A stretch of DNA of 64,000 nucleotides from Rhodospirillales bacterium (lineage in GTDB: Bacteria > Pseudomonadota > Alphaproteobacteria > Micavibrionales > Micavibrionaceae): the NCBI GenBank assembly GCA_020638395.1, contig JACKIP010000009.1:1462-65461 (forward strand). Reading direction: 5' to 3'. Below the pieces are notes generated by a model. That model was given only the letters and a program-made list of their open reading frames with translations, did not search any database and was not told the origin of the DNA. Of the stretch, positions 28,731 through 38,655 are shown piece after piece. A program made the translations under genes and the position numbers. Position 1 is the stretch's first letter. Each line of letters opens with the position of its first letter.

Positions 28731-29447
28731 ATGACGATCTTTCACAAACCCTCGCCAAATTTTAACGATCGCCCCGGCGGGCAGCCTCCCGCCTATTTAA
28801 TCTTGCATTATACCGGCATGAAAAACGCTGCGGATGCTTTGTCCCGGCTCTGCGGCAAAGACTCGCAGGTCAGCGCACATTACACCATTGATGAGGACGG
28901 CCTGATTTATCACCATGTCGATGTGAAAAAGCGGGCCTGGCATGCCGGGAAATCTTTCTGGCGCGGGATGAATGACATGAATGCCGCCTCGATCGGGATC
29001 GAGCTGGTTAATCCGGGGCATGAGTATGGATATCGGCCGTTTACATCTGCACAAATTTTTACGCTGATAACTTTGTGCAAAGAGATTATGCAGGAATATC
29101 CCATGCCGGCGCAAAATGTGCTGGCGCATTCCGATGTCGCGCCCGTTCGCAAGCAGGACCCGGGTGAGCTGTTTCCCTGGGCGGAATTGGCGGGGCACGG
29201 TATCGGGGTCTGGCCGGAGCCGACGGAGGCCGATATTGAAAAGGCTCGGACCTGGACTTTGGATGAGTATGTCTCCCATGTTCGCAGGTACGGCTATGAT
29301 CCGGAGTGTGGGTATGAATATGCGTTACGCGCTTTTGAACGCCATTTCGCGCCAGAGCTGATTCTGGGTACATCGCAGAATGAAAAAATCGCACAGGCAC
29401 GTCTGGCTTGCCTTTTGCGCTTATATGGTGATAGAAATAAAGCCTGA
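28731..29447 (+). CDS. ampD: N-acetylmuramoyl-L-alanine amidase (AmpD/amidase_2 family)
   Basis: YLILHYTGM...SAHYTIDEDGLIYHHVDVKKRAWHAG...IGIELVNPGH...LAHSDVAPVRKQDPGELFPW pattern of zinc amidase_2/PGRP; SD TGGAGGAAG before ATG at 28731. Confidence 0.8.
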   Translation: MTIFHKPSPNFNDRPGGQPPAYLILHYTGMKNAADALSRLCGKDSQVSAHYTIDEDGLIYHHVDVKKRAWHAGKSFWRGMNDMNAASIGIELVNPGHEYGYRPFTSAQIFTLITLCKEIMQEYPMPAQNVLAHSDVAPVRKQDPGELFPWAELAGHGIGVWPEPTEADIEKARTWTLDEYVSHVRRYGYDPECGYEYALRAFERHFAPELILGTSQNEKIAQARLACLLRLYGDRNKA

Positions 29448-29451
29448 TTTT

Positions 29452-29838
29452 CGGAAGATCGGATGGCTGCGGGGCTTTTGTTGCGTGTGTTTTGGGACTA
29501 TTCCCGGAGCAGGCGGATCAAGGCTTCGAGGAAAGTCCGGGCATCATGGAAACACGGCGCCGGGGAAATCCCGGATGGAGTAATCCACTGGACAGGGCCA
29601 CAGAAAAAATGTAGCTGGGAAAACAACCCCCAGTCATAATGAAAAGGTGCGGTAAGAGCGCACCGCGCGACCGGTAACGGAAGCGGCATGGTAACCCCCG
29701 CCGGATGCAAGATCAAATAGGGGCCGCACATGATGCGTTTTCACATCGTGGCCCGGGTCGATCGCTTGACGAATCTGGTAACAGATTGCGCAGATGAATA
29801 GCCATCCCCGACAGAACCCGGCTTACAGGTCTTCCGAA
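29452..29838 (+). ncRNA. rnpB: RNase P RNA (type A)
   Basis: Universally conserved segments present in order: GGAAAGTCCGGGC, GGTAAGAGCGCACCGCGC, GGTAAC, CAAG..AAATAGGGG, AGATGAATAG, GACAGAACCCGGCTTA; P1 pairing cggaagatc (5') with gtcttccg (3'); no coding ORF. Confidence 0.85.
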
Positions 29839-29851
29839 AATTTTTTTCCTG

Positions 29852-29972
29852 TATAGAAGCCTCTGCAAAAGGTTTATGCCTAATTTTACAAAACCGTCAT
29901 TCTGAGCGGAGCGAAGAATCTTTTGTTTCAATGGGTTAAGATCCTTCGCCTGCGGCTCAGGATGACGATTCT
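29852..29972. repeat. ~120-bp nested-palindrome intergenic repeat, copy C (inverted relative to A and B)
   Basis: tatagaagcctctgcaaaagg...aaaaCCGTCATTCTGAGCggagcGAAGAATCTtttg...AGATCCTTCgcctgcgGCTCAGGATGACGattct; reverse complement of copy A aligns over ~115 nt at roughly 80-85% identity by eye. Confidence 0.7.
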
Positions 29973-30163
29973 ATATTTTTCACCACGAATAAATACGAAG
30001 ACACACCAAGACCTTCCTATTCGTGTCTATTTGTGTTCATTCGTGGTTCATGATGCTTTGTTTGTTTTTGGTACTTTGCGGTGAAAATCCGGGAGGGTGA
30101 CGATGAAAAACGTTATTTCACTTCCCCTGATTTTGCGGTAGAAGGGGAGGAAAGATTATTCTG

Positions 30164-31300
30164 ATGCCTCAAACCGTTGCCATATTTCTGAATCAATGCC
30201 TGCCGCTCAGTGAAATTTTTGTGCGGCATCAGGCCGAAGCTTTGAAAGGATTTTCTCCGAAGCTGGTGGCATGCCGTCGAGTGACTCCGTCTGTTGCGGG
30301 AGAGGCTCTGCCACAGGTTTTTCTGAATAAAACCAATTTAAAAATGGAAAAAATACGGGAGCTTTTGTTTAAACTGACCCTGCGCAGCCGGGTGCTGGAA
30401 GAGGCGGTGCGGGAGTGTGATCTGATTCATGCGCATTTTGGTCCGACTGGCTGGCTGGCGAGTGGTCTTGCGCAGCGCACCGGAAAGCCTTTGATTGTGA
30501 CCTGTCACGGCTTTGATGTGCTGAAAAACGATATCAGTCTGCGCCATGACGGAATGCTGCAAAAAATGTATTCGATGAATCGTGCTGCATTGGCGCAGCG
30601 CGCTGCAAAATTTATCTGTGTGTCCGAATATATTAAAAAGAGGGCAATCGCTTTCGGATTTCCGGAAGAAAAATGCGTGGTGCATTATATGGGGATTCCG
30701 CTCGTGCCGCATGAAACGCCCCGTCCATCTTCCCGGCCTCCAGAGGGGCCGATGCGCCTGATTGCGGTTGGGCGGCTTGTGCCTTTCAAGGGGCACGCCC
30801 GGTTGATTGAAGCGGTCGCCGAGGTTGAACGGCGCGGATACCCTGTCGAACTGCATATTGTGGGCGGTGGGGAGCTGCGGGATTCCCTTGAAGCGCAGGC
30901 GGCCCGCTCTTTAAAACAGTACAAATTCTGGGGAGGGCAGCCGCATGAAAAGGTGGTGTCCTTGATGCGCGAGAGCGATATTTTCTGTCATACCTCCCTG
31001 CACATGAGCAACGGTCAGACCGAGGCATTTGGGTTAGTGTTGCTTGAAGCCCAATGGGCGGGGCTTCCGGTGGTTGCGTTTGATTCCGGCGGAGTGCCCG
31101 AAGCAATGGCAGTGGGGCAAACAGGACTTCTGGCCCCCGAAGGCGACGTCAAAGCGTTTGCCGACGCCCTATGCCGCCTGATGGATGATCCGGTGCTGCT
31201 CGATAATTTTGCAAAAGCCGCGCCGCAATTTGTGCAGCAAAATTTTGACAGCCGCACACAAACCGCCAAACTGGAAGATCATTACCGGGACGTTTTGTAA
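30164..31300 (+). CDS. glycosyltransferase family 4 (group 1, GT-B)
   Basis: C-terminal GT4 signature GRLVPFKGHARLIEA...HIVGGGELRD...EAFGLVLLEAQWAGLPVVAFDSGGVPE (EX7E motif). Confidence 0.8.
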   Translation: MPQTVAIFLNQCLPLSEIFVRHQAEALKGFSPKLVACRRVTPSVAGEALPQVFLNKTNLKMEKIRELLFKLTLRSRVLEEAVRECDLIHAHFGPTGWLASGLAQRTGKPLIVTCHGFDVLKNDISLRHDGMLQKMYSMNRAALAQRAAKFICVSEYIKKRAIAFGFPEEKCVVHYMGIPLVPHETPRPSSRPPEGPMRLIAVGRLVPFKGHARLIEAVAEVERRGYPVELHIVGGGELRDSLEAQAARSLKQYKFWGGQPHEKVVSLMRESDIFCHTSLHMSNGQTEAFGLVLLEAQWAGLPVVAFDSGGVPEAMAVGQTGLLAPEGDVKAFADALCRLMDDPVLLDNFAKAAPQFVQQNFDSRTQTAKLEDHYRDVL

Positions 31301-31322
31301 AAGCCCGGAGGCTTTTACAAAA

Positions 31323-32678
31323 TTATGGTTTTTCGGTGGGAGTATCTTTTGATTTTGGCAGTTTTTGCGACTTATCGGAGGTCGTATTAACTCCAAATCG
31401 TTCCATCATGGCTTGCCCTTGCTCGGTTTGGGCCAGTCCTTCCAGCATAGCGGCCAGATTCGTTCCGCCTTTGGCAGAAAACATATCCATAACGTTATTG
31501 ATGCCTTCTACGGGATTTCCGGAATTTACAATAATTTTAATATCGGAAACTTTCAACGCTCCGGCCTGCTCAAGTCCGACCTGTTTTGTAGCGTTAATGG
31601 CTTCGATATTAACCAGATAACTTTGATAGCCCTTATTTTCTCCGATTTCTTTTGCAAGTTCGATCTGCGCTTGCACCGGTGCGAGTTGCATCGCCCGTTC
31701 CGCATCGGCCCGCGCTTCTCCTTCAACCTTGATGGCTTCGGCTTCTTTTTTCTTGGCTTCCAGATGTCCTTCTGCGCGAATGACCATAGAGACACGGTCT
31801 TCGTCGGCTTTAACGACATTCATATCTTTGTTAATTTCGGCACGTTTCACGTCATTTACCTGAACAACCGCCATTTCTTTTTCTTTTGTCAGGCGTTGTT
31901 GTTCTTTAATTTCCTGTGCGGCGCGTTCATTGGCAATCCCTACGGCCTGTGCTTTTTGTGCGGTCCTTTCCCCTACAGCCTGCAGGGCTTCCTGTTCTTT
32001 GATGTCGCGCTGCCGTTGTGCCTCGATTTCTGCCATCTCTGCATTTTTGATATTTTCGGCAACTTCCTGACGGCTTTCCATCTCGATTAAAGATTTCTTT
32101 TTCTCCATAATATTGTGGATCACAAGATTGCCGGTTGCATCACGAATATCCATCAATTCAATACTTTTCACCGGGACGACTCCCCAGCTTTTCAACTGAT
32201 CCTGCACGGCTTGCGTGAACTGTTCGCCGTATATGCTCCGTTCCAGCATAATCCGGTCAATATCATGAGAAGCGAGAATGGTTCTCACCGCACCCTGAAC
32301 GATGGACAGCAACTGATTCTGCAATTCAGAGAAACTCTCAACGCGCTGAGCCGCCAGATTACTATCGGAAATTCTAAAGAATGCGACAATATCGACAACA
32401 AACGGCACGCGCCCGACGTCATAGGCTTCGTATCCAACCAAATTCAGGTCAAAGACCGAAACAGGCAATACAATTTTACTGACCCCGATCACTGGAACCC
32501 ATGACGGCCATTCATAGTAAGTGTTACCATTCTTGGTGTCTTTTCCGTAAGACTTTGTATCTTGTCTGGATTGCACGATATGAACTTCGTTTGTCGGAAC
32601 AACCCGCCGCAGCAAGAATGCAATCAGCAGTGCCAGAACAACAATGCCTAAAACAACAGGCCCCGCAAAAAATGGCAT
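31323..32678 (-). CDS. flotillin-like SPFH-domain protein (YqiK/FloA-like)
   Basis: N-terminal TM, SPFH domain, long E/A/K/Q coiled-coil repeats typical of flotillins; ATG at 32678 with AGGGAGG SD (track's first M is TTG). Confidence 0.8.
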   Translation of the reverse strand: MPFFAGPVVLGIVVLALLIAFLLRRVVPTNEVHIVQSRQDTKSYGKDTKNGNTYYEWPSWVPVIGVSKIVLPVSVFDLNLVGYEAYDVGRVPFVVDIVAFFRISDSNLAAQRVESFSELQNQLLSIVQGAVRTILASHDIDRIMLERSIYGEQFTQAVQDQLKSWGVVPVKSIELMDIRDATGNLVIHNIMEKKKSLIEMESRQEVAENIKNAEMAEIEAQRQRDIKEQEALQAVGERTAQKAQAVGIANERAAQEIKEQQRLTKEKEMAVVQVNDVKRAEINKDMNVVKADEDRVSMVIRAEGHLEAKKKEAEAIKVEGEARADAERAMQLAPVQAQIELAKEIGENKGYQSYLVNIEAINATKQVGLEQAGALKVSDIKIIVNSGNPVEGINNVMDMFSAKGGTNLAAMLEGLAQTEQGQAMMERFGVNTTSDKSQKLPKSKDTPTEKP

Positions 32679-32767
32679 CAATGCCTCCCTCTAGTTATTA
32701 AAAATCAATAAGGCCTTAACCCTATAAAAGTCTTCTGAATAATGCAACTTTTTTTGATTTATGCGGC

Positions 32768-34060
32768 TCACCCATAGAATGGATCTTTCAGCAGGATAGT
32801 GTCGTCCCGTTCCGGGGAGGTTGACAATAAAAAGACCGGGGCGCCGATCAATTCTTCAATTACATGAACGTATTTAACTGCTGCCGGGGGCAGATCGCTA
32901 AAAGACCGTGCGCCCCGGGTGCTCTCATTCCAGCCCGGCAGAGTCATATAGACGGGCTCTATGCGGGCCTGCTCATTTTGTCCGGCGGGGAAATAGTCCA
33001 GCTTTTTTCCATCCAGCAGGTAACCGGTGCAGATTTTCAGCTCGTCAAATCCATCCAGAACGTCGAGTTTGGTCAGGGCGATGCCATCAATGCCGCAGAT
33101 TGTGACGGCCTGCCGCACCAGTGTGGCATCAAACCAGCCACAGCGGCGTTTGCGTCCGGTGGTTGTGCCAAATTCATGACCGCGCTGCCCCATGCGCTCG
33201 CCGTCTTCATTGAGTTGCTCGGTCGGGAACGGTCCTGTTCCCACGCGGGTTGTATAGGCTTTTGTGATCCCCAGCACCGTCCCGATGGCTTTTGGTCCAA
33301 CCCCGGAGCCGGTAGAGGCTTGTGCCGCGACGATATTGGAGGAGGTGACAAACGGGTATGTGCCGTGGTCTACATCCAGCATAATGCCCTGCGCGCCTTC
33401 GAACAGGATTTTATCCCCGCGCCGGCGGGCCTGCTCCAGAACCCGCCAGACCTGATCGGCATAGACCAGAACCTGATCGGCGATTTGCATTAACTGATCG
33501 AAAATTTCCTGCGGGCAGATCTCACTGGCTCCCAGACCTTTCAGCAGGGCATTATGATGGACCATTAGCTTTTCCAGTTTTTCCCGCAGCAGGACCGGGT
33601 CTCGCAGGTCACACAGCCGAATACCGCGGCGGGCGACTTTGTCTTCGTAGGTCGGGCCGATGCCGCGTTTGGTCGTCCCGAGCTGCCCTTTGCCGCGGGC
33701 AGCTTCCAGCGCTTCATCCATAGCACTGTGAACTGGCATAATCAGATTGACATTATCGGCGATTTTCAGGGTTTCCGGAGAAATTTCAACGCCCTGCGCC
33801 CGGACATCGTCAATTTCTTTCAGCAGCGCCCATGGATCAACCACCACACCATTGCCGATAATTGACAGCTTCCCGGGGCGGACGATTCCAGAGGGCAAAA
33901 GGTGTAGTTTATAAACCTTGTCATTGATGACCAGCGTATGCCCGGCATTATGCCCGCCCTGAAAGCGCACGACGACATCGGCACGGCTGGACAGCCAGTC
34001 AACAATTTTTCCTTTTCCTTCATCCCCCCATTGGGACCCGATTACGGTAACGTTCGCCAT
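32768..34060 (-). CDS. purA: adenylosuccinate synthetase
   Basis: [23 protein letters not shown] (P-loop), [14 protein letters not shown] motifs. Confidence 0.9.
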   Translation of the reverse strand: MANVTVIGSQWGDEGKGKIVDWLSSRADVVVRFQGGHNAGHTLVINDKVYKLHLLPSGIVRPGKLSIIGNGVVVDPWALLKEIDDVRAQGVEISPETLKIADNVNLIMPVHSAMDEALEAARGKGQLGTTKRGIGPTYEDKVARRGIRLCDLRDPVLLREKLEKLMVHHNALLKGLGASEICPQEIFDQLMQIADQVLVYADQVWRVLEQARRRGDKILFEGAQGIMLDVDHGTYPFVTSSNIVAAQASTGSGVGPKAIGTVLGITKAYTTRVGTGPFPTEQLNEDGERMGQRGHEFGTTTGRKRRCGWFDATLVRQAVTICGIDGIALTKLDVLDGFDELKICTGYLLDGKKLDYFPAGQNEQARIEPVYMTLPGWNESTRGARSFSDLPPAAVKYVHVIEELIGAPVFLLSTSPERDDTILLKDPFYG

Positions 34061-34074
34061 CATGACCTCTTTCT

Positions 34075-35028
34075 TTAAAGCATTCTTCTTAGCGCATTCA
34101 TATAGATTGTAAAGCCAATTGCGGTTTCAGACCCGGTGTCCGTCCGGAAGCTGTAACGCCCTCCACGTCCGATTTCGTGCCGGACTCCCTTGACATACAG
34201 AGAATAGGAAATTCCGCGGTGATAGTTAAACGGGCTGTGTTCCGTCGGGTCAAGAGTCAGGGCCACATCGTCAATATTTTTGTCTTCCAGAGCTTTTTGC
34301 ACCCCCAACACCACGTCCCGCAGGTGGGTCAGTTCTTTGGTTACAAATGCGGGGGCTTCTATCTTTTCCAAATGTTGCAGGGCGTCCCCGGCATTTCCGG
34401 ACAGATCCATCAGGGTCAGGAGGATATCACGGAATGCCCCGCCATGTTTTGCAATATGCTCCCGGTTTTTATGTTTCAGCGCGTCCATGATCTCTGGAGA
34501 GCGCTGATCGCCGAGAATATCCTGTATCAGGGCCGGGAGCGTCAGATCCAGAGTGAGCGTTTTCAGGCCAATTTCTTTTAATCCGGATAAAACCAGCATA
34601 ATGTTTTCGATATCTGCATTATGGCTGTTATCTCCGATCAGCTCGCAGCCCACCTGCGTCATTTGACGTGTCGGGTCAAGCTGGGTGCCTTTGACGTGAA
34701 AGACATCTCCGGTATAGGACAGACGAAGCGGGTACGCGCTTTTATCAAAGCGGCTGGCGGCAATACGGGCAATCTGCGGGGTGATGTCGGCCCGCAGCCC
34801 CATCATTTTCTGCGATGCCGGGTCCATCACCCGGAACATGTGAGCGCCGGTTGATTGTCCGGGGCCGGATAACAGACTGTCCTCAAATTCAATCAAAGGC
34901 GGTTTGACCCGGCGGTAGCCATGCCTTTTAAAAAATTGCATGAGGGTATAAACCGTTTCCGCTTCTTGTTCCGCAATATCGGGCAACAGGTCGGTCAAAC
35001 CATTGGGAAGGAGCATTTGTGAGGTCAT
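34075..35028 (-). CDS. hisZ: ATP phosphoribosyltransferase regulatory subunit HisZ (class II aaRS-like)
   Basis: N-terminal [16 protein letters not shown]...[24 protein letters not shown], HisRS-like motif [25 protein letters not shown]; 317 aa is short for the family; 4-nt overlap with thiD. Confidence 0.7.
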   Translation of the reverse strand: MTSQMLLPNGLTDLLPDIAEQEAETVYTLMQFFKRHGYRRVKPPLIEFEDSLLSGPGQSTGAHMFRVMDPASQKMMGLRADITPQIARIAASRFDKSAYPLRLSYTGDVFHVKGTQLDPTRQMTQVGCELIGDNSHNADIENIMLVLSGLKEIGLKTLTLDLTLPALIQDILGDQRSPEIMDALKHKNREHIAKHGGAFRDILLTLMDLSGNAGDALQHLEKIEAPAFVTKELTHLRDVVLGVQKALEDKNIDDVALTLDPTEHSPFNYHRGISYSLYVKGVRHEIGRGGRYSFRTDTGSETAIGFTIYMNALRRML

Positions 35029-35837
35029 GTCAGGCGGTATTTATCCTGATTGTGAAGTGTGTGATTGAGCGGGCCATTGTGTCCGCCGCCTATTTTAGGT
35101 CCGGACTCAATTCCGGCGGTCATAAATTGATGCGCTTTCAGAAAGGCGTCATATGGAGATAATCCTCTGGCAAGGCCACAGGAAATTCCCGATGCCAGCG
35201 TTGTGCCGGCTCCGTGGGTGTTGGTAGAGGGCGACCGCGGCGTTGTCAGGATTTCTTCTTTTTCCTCATTGATAAAGAAGTCCTGAATGTGCTTACTACC
35301 CAGTCCGCCGCCTTTAACGATGACGGTTTTAGCTCCCAGCGTGTGCAGCATTTCCCCGGCGTGCTGCATCTGGTCGATATCCCGGATGTCGATGCCGGTC
35401 AGTTCCGCGGTTTCTATGACATTGGGCGTGAAGATATCAGCGTGAATGAGAAGACGGCGTTTCAGGGCGTCCCGGGCCTCTTTGTCCAGCAATAGGTTTC
35501 CCGCACGGTTGGTCATGACCGGGTCGATCACAACCTGTAAGCCCGCGTGTTTGTCATCGAGAAAATCGCCGATTGTGTCGATAATTTCCGTGGTGCCCAG
35601 CATGCCCAGCTTGATGACCATCGGGTGCAGGTCTTCCAGAACCGCCCGGATCTGCGCGGCAATCATCGGGGCAGGGAGCATATGGGTTTCAAAGGTTCCA
35701 TGGGTGTTTTGTGCGATGACCGAGGTCAGAGCCGTGGCTGCATAGACTCCGAAGGCCTGCGCGGTTTTCAGATCTCCCTGAATTCCGGTTCCGGCGGAAG
35801 AGTCCGATTGTCCGATACAAAGAATGGTTTGCGTCAT
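35025..35837 (-). CDS. thiD: hydroxymethylpyrimidine/phosphomethylpyrimidine kinase
   Basis: ILCIGQSDSSAGTGIQGDLKT N-terminus, ribokinase-fold GAGTTLASGI C-terminal motif. Confidence 0.85.
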   Translation of the reverse strand: MTQTILCIGQSDSSAGTGIQGDLKTAQAFGVYAATALTSVIAQNTHGTFETHMLPAPMIAAQIRAVLEDLHPMVIKLGMLGTTEIIDTIGDFLDDKHAGLQVVIDPVMTNRAGNLLLDKEARDALKRRLLIHADIFTPNVIETAELTGIDIRDIDQMQHAGEMLHTLGAKTVIVKGGGLGSKHIQDFFINEEKEEILTTPRSPSTNTHGAGTTLASGISCGLARGLSPYDAFLKAHQFMTAGIESGPKIGGGHNGPLNHTLHNQDKYRLT

Positions 35838-35885
35838 AAAAATCCTGCGTGGTTTATTCCGTTAGACGTGGGTTCGGCCTCTAAA

Positions 35886-37262
35886 CTAAGCCCTTTTTCC
35901 GGTTTCTTCAATAGCCTGACAGATACGGTCAACGGCATTTGCAATGGTGCGGTCGTCATCTCCTTCCGCCATCACGCGGATCACAGGTTCCGTCCCGGAG
36001 GCACGCACCAGAACACGCCCATTTTGTGCCATCTCTGTTTTGATGCTGTCAATCAGGTGTTGCACACGGGAGTCTTCAAGCGGGTTCCCGGCTTCATAGC
36101 GGACATTTTTGAGGAGTTGCGGCAGAGGTGAGAATGATTTTAGCAGGTCCGAGGAAGTCCGTCCACTTTCCTTGAGCAAATGCAGGACATGCAGGGCCGT
36201 CATCAGGCCATCGCCTGTTGTTCCAAAATCAGACAAAATCATATGCCCGGACTGTTCTCCGCCAAGGTTATACCCATGTGTCCGCATTTCTTCGACCACG
36301 TAGCGATCTCCCACCGGGGTTCTGACAAAATGAATGCCCTGATCGGCACAGTAACGCTCCAGCCCCAGATTGGACATGACGGTTGCAACCAGCGTGTTCT
36401 TGTGCAGCGTGCCCTGTGCTTTCATATGGCTGGCCAGCAGAGCCAGAATCTGGTCGCCGTCAACCCGCTCCCCTTTTTCATTGACCAGAATAAGGCGGTC
36501 AGCATCGCCGTCCAGCGCAATGCCGACATCCGCCTGCTCGTCGATGACTTTTTGCTGCAAGGCTGCGGTATCGGTTGCACCGCAGCGCTCGTTGATATTT
36601 TTTCCGTTTGGCGTGGTGCCGATACTGACCACTTCAGCTTCCAGCTCCCACAAGACCATGGGGGCCACTTTATAGGCGGCGCCGTTCGCAGCATCTACCA
36701 CGACTTTCAATCCCCGCAGATTAGCCCCTTTGGGCAGGCTGGTCTTGAGAAACTCCATATAACGCCCTAACACGCCAAAAGGGGCATCATCAATCCGCGC
36801 CGCGCGGCCCAGTTCATCTGGCAGGGCCAGCCGGGTTTCAAAATGATTGGCATCTACCAGCGCTTCGATTTTGTGCTCAATGGCATCCGGCAGTTTATAG
36901 CCGTCTCCGGCAAAAATTTTAATTCCGTTATCCGCGTATTTGTTATGGGAGGCAGAGATCATAATTCCGGCATCGGCGCGCAAAGAGCGTGTGAGCATGG
37001 CAACTGCCGGGGTCGGGATCGGGCCGGTCAGCAGGACATCCATTCCCATGGACAAAAACCCGGCGGTCAGGGCTTGCTCCAGCATATAGCAGGACAGGCG
37101 CGTATCCTTTCCGATCAGAATGCGCGATTTGTGAGACCCGGTATTTTCGGCTTTCAGAACGGTTGCGGCGGCCATTGCAACGCGCAGCGCCATGTCGGCG
37201 GTGACTGGAAATTTATTGGCTTGTCCGCGAATGCCGTCGGTTCCAAAGTACTTTCGATTCAT
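35886..37262 (-). CDS. glmM: phosphoglucosamine mutase
   Basis: MNRKYFGTDGIRG, active-site Ser in ISASHNKYADNGIKIF, Mg loop DGDADR; track ORF has a 12-codon extension. Confidence 0.9.
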   Translation of the reverse strand: MNRKYFGTDGIRGQANKFPVTADMALRVAMAAATVLKAENTGSHKSRILIGKDTRLSCYMLEQALTAGFLSMGMDVLLTGPIPTPAVAMLTRSLRADAGIMISASHNKYADNGIKIFAGDGYKLPDAIEHKIEALVDANHFETRLALPDELGRAARIDDAPFGVLGRYMEFLKTSLPKGANLRGLKVVVDAANGAAYKVAPMVLWELEAEVVSIGTTPNGKNINERCGATDTAALQQKVIDEQADVGIALDGDADRLILVNEKGERVDGDQILALLASHMKAQGTLHKNTLVATVMSNLGLERYCADQGIHFVRTPVGDRYVVEEMRTHGYNLGGEQSGHMILSDFGTTGDGLMTALHVLHLLKESGRTSSDLLKSFSPLPQLLKNVRYEAGNPLEDSRVQHLIDSIKTEMAQNGRVLVRASGTEPVIRVMAEGDDDRTIANAVDRICQAIEETGKRA

Positions 37263-37301
37263 GGGGAGTATCAAAGCATGCGGATTAGAGGCAGGCAAGC
37301 A

Positions 37302-37688
37302 TTAACTTGCAAGGGGGCGCAGCAGGAAGGCCACAACCCGGCGGCCTTCAGCCATCAGGACGTTGTAAGTGCGGCATGCTGCGCCGCTCTCCATAACGTC
37401 CGGGTGAATCTGGCGGGATTTCAGATCTCGCAGCAGCGGTGCCGGAAGGAATGTCGAGGTCTTTCCGGTTCCAAGCAGATATACATCATAGGCATTTCCG
37501 GGCGGCAAATAGTCTGTAAAATCGGCGGCGCTCAGATCCTGAACGGAGGGTTTCCCGGTCCAGACCCAGGTTTTTTCCGGTGTGACCATCACCGCGTCTT
37601 CATAGCGGATGCCGCTGATTTTAAACCCGGTCGCGCCGTAACTCTGGATGATTTGCCGTCCGGCGGGAATGAGCGGAGTGACATCCAT
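37302..37688 (-). CDS. Mth938-like domain protein (DUF498)
   Basis: 128-aa protein with IQSYGATGFKISGIRYEDAVMVTPE...VYLLGTG pattern of the Mth938/NDUFAF3-like family; start overlaps secF stop. Confidence 0.6.
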   Translation of the reverse strand: MDVTPLIPAGRQIIQSYGATGFKISGIRYEDAVMVTPEKTWVWTGKPSVQDLSAADFTDYLPPGNAYDVYLLGTGKTSTFLPAPLLRDLKSRQIHPDVMESGAACRTYNVLMAEGRRVVAFLLRPLAS

Positions 37689-38629
37689 TACCGCAGGACT
37701 TTTTCGACTTCGGAGGTTGCCGCCGCCGTTTCATTCCGGCGCTCGACTCCAATTGCCAGAAGAATGGGCGCTGCGACAAAAATCGAAGAATAGGTTCCGA
37801 CGATAATCCCGAAGAGCAGGGCATTGACAAAGCCCTGAATGACGTCTCCCCCTAAAAACCACAGGGAAACAAGGGCGAGCAGGGTGGTCAGAGAGGTCAT
37901 AATCGTACGGGACAGGGTTTCATTGATCGACAGATTCAACAGGTCTCCCAATGGCATTTTCTTGAATTTGCGCAGATTCTCCCGAATGCGGTCAAACACG
38001 ATCACGGTGTCGTTGATCGAGTACCCGGCAATCATCAGAACGGCTGCGACGGTGGACAGGTTAAACTCCATCTGGGTCACGGCAAACAGACCAATGGTGG
38101 CCACAGCATCGTGGATCAATGCCAGAATAGCGGCCAGACCGAATTTCCATTCAAAGCGGAATGCGATATAGATCATAATACCCGCCAGAGAAAACAGGAT
38201 GGCATAAAGGCCCTGTAGTTTTAGCTCCTCACCAACCTGCGGCCCGACATATTCCACCCGGCGGTAATCAACTTTCTGGTCATAGGTTGCGTTGAGCAGG
38301 GATTGAATACTGTCAATTGCGGCTTTTTGTGCGGTTTCGTCTCCCGGTTGTTCCGGCATGCGGATGAGGAGATCCTGCGCGGTGCCAAATTCCTGAATCG
38401 AGATCCCTCCCAGATTCAGAGTGTTTAATTTGCTGCGCAGCTCGGATAAATCGGGTGTCTGTTCCAGTCTGACTTCAATCAGTGTTCCGCCGGAAAAATC
38501 AATCCCGAAGTTCAGTCCCCGTGTTGCGGTGATTGCCAGCGCTCCCATGACCAGCAGGGCCGACAGCAAAAATGCCAGTCCACGCAGTTTGATGAAGTCA
38601 ATTGAAAAAGGAACTTTTTGTTTTGTCAT
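37688..38629 (-). CDS. secF: protein translocase subunit SecF
   Basis: FIKLRGLAFLLSALLVMGALAI...GIDFSGGTLIEV; six TM; immediately downstream of secD. Confidence 0.9.
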   Translation of the reverse strand: MTKQKVPFSIDFIKLRGLAFLLSALLVMGALAITATRGLNFGIDFSGGTLIEVRLEQTPDLSELRSKLNTLNLGGISIQEFGTAQDLLIRMPEQPGDETAQKAAIDSIQSLLNATYDQKVDYRRVEYVGPQVGEELKLQGLYAILFSLAGIMIYIAFRFEWKFGLAAILALIHDAVATIGLFAVTQMEFNLSTVAAVLMIAGYSINDTVIVFDRIRENLRKFKKMPLGDLLNLSINETLSRTIMTSLTTLLALVSLWFLGGDVIQGFVNALLFGIIVGTYSSIFVAAPILLAIGVERRNETAAATSEVEKVLR

Positions 38630-38655
38630 AATTTTCTCGATTATCGCCGGTTATA

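Noticed and set aside
36843-37793. 316-aa plus-strand ORF spanning glmM, Mth938 and secF boundaries
   Set aside because: Crosses three well-supported minus-strand genes; no motifs; Gly/Arg-rich antisense composition
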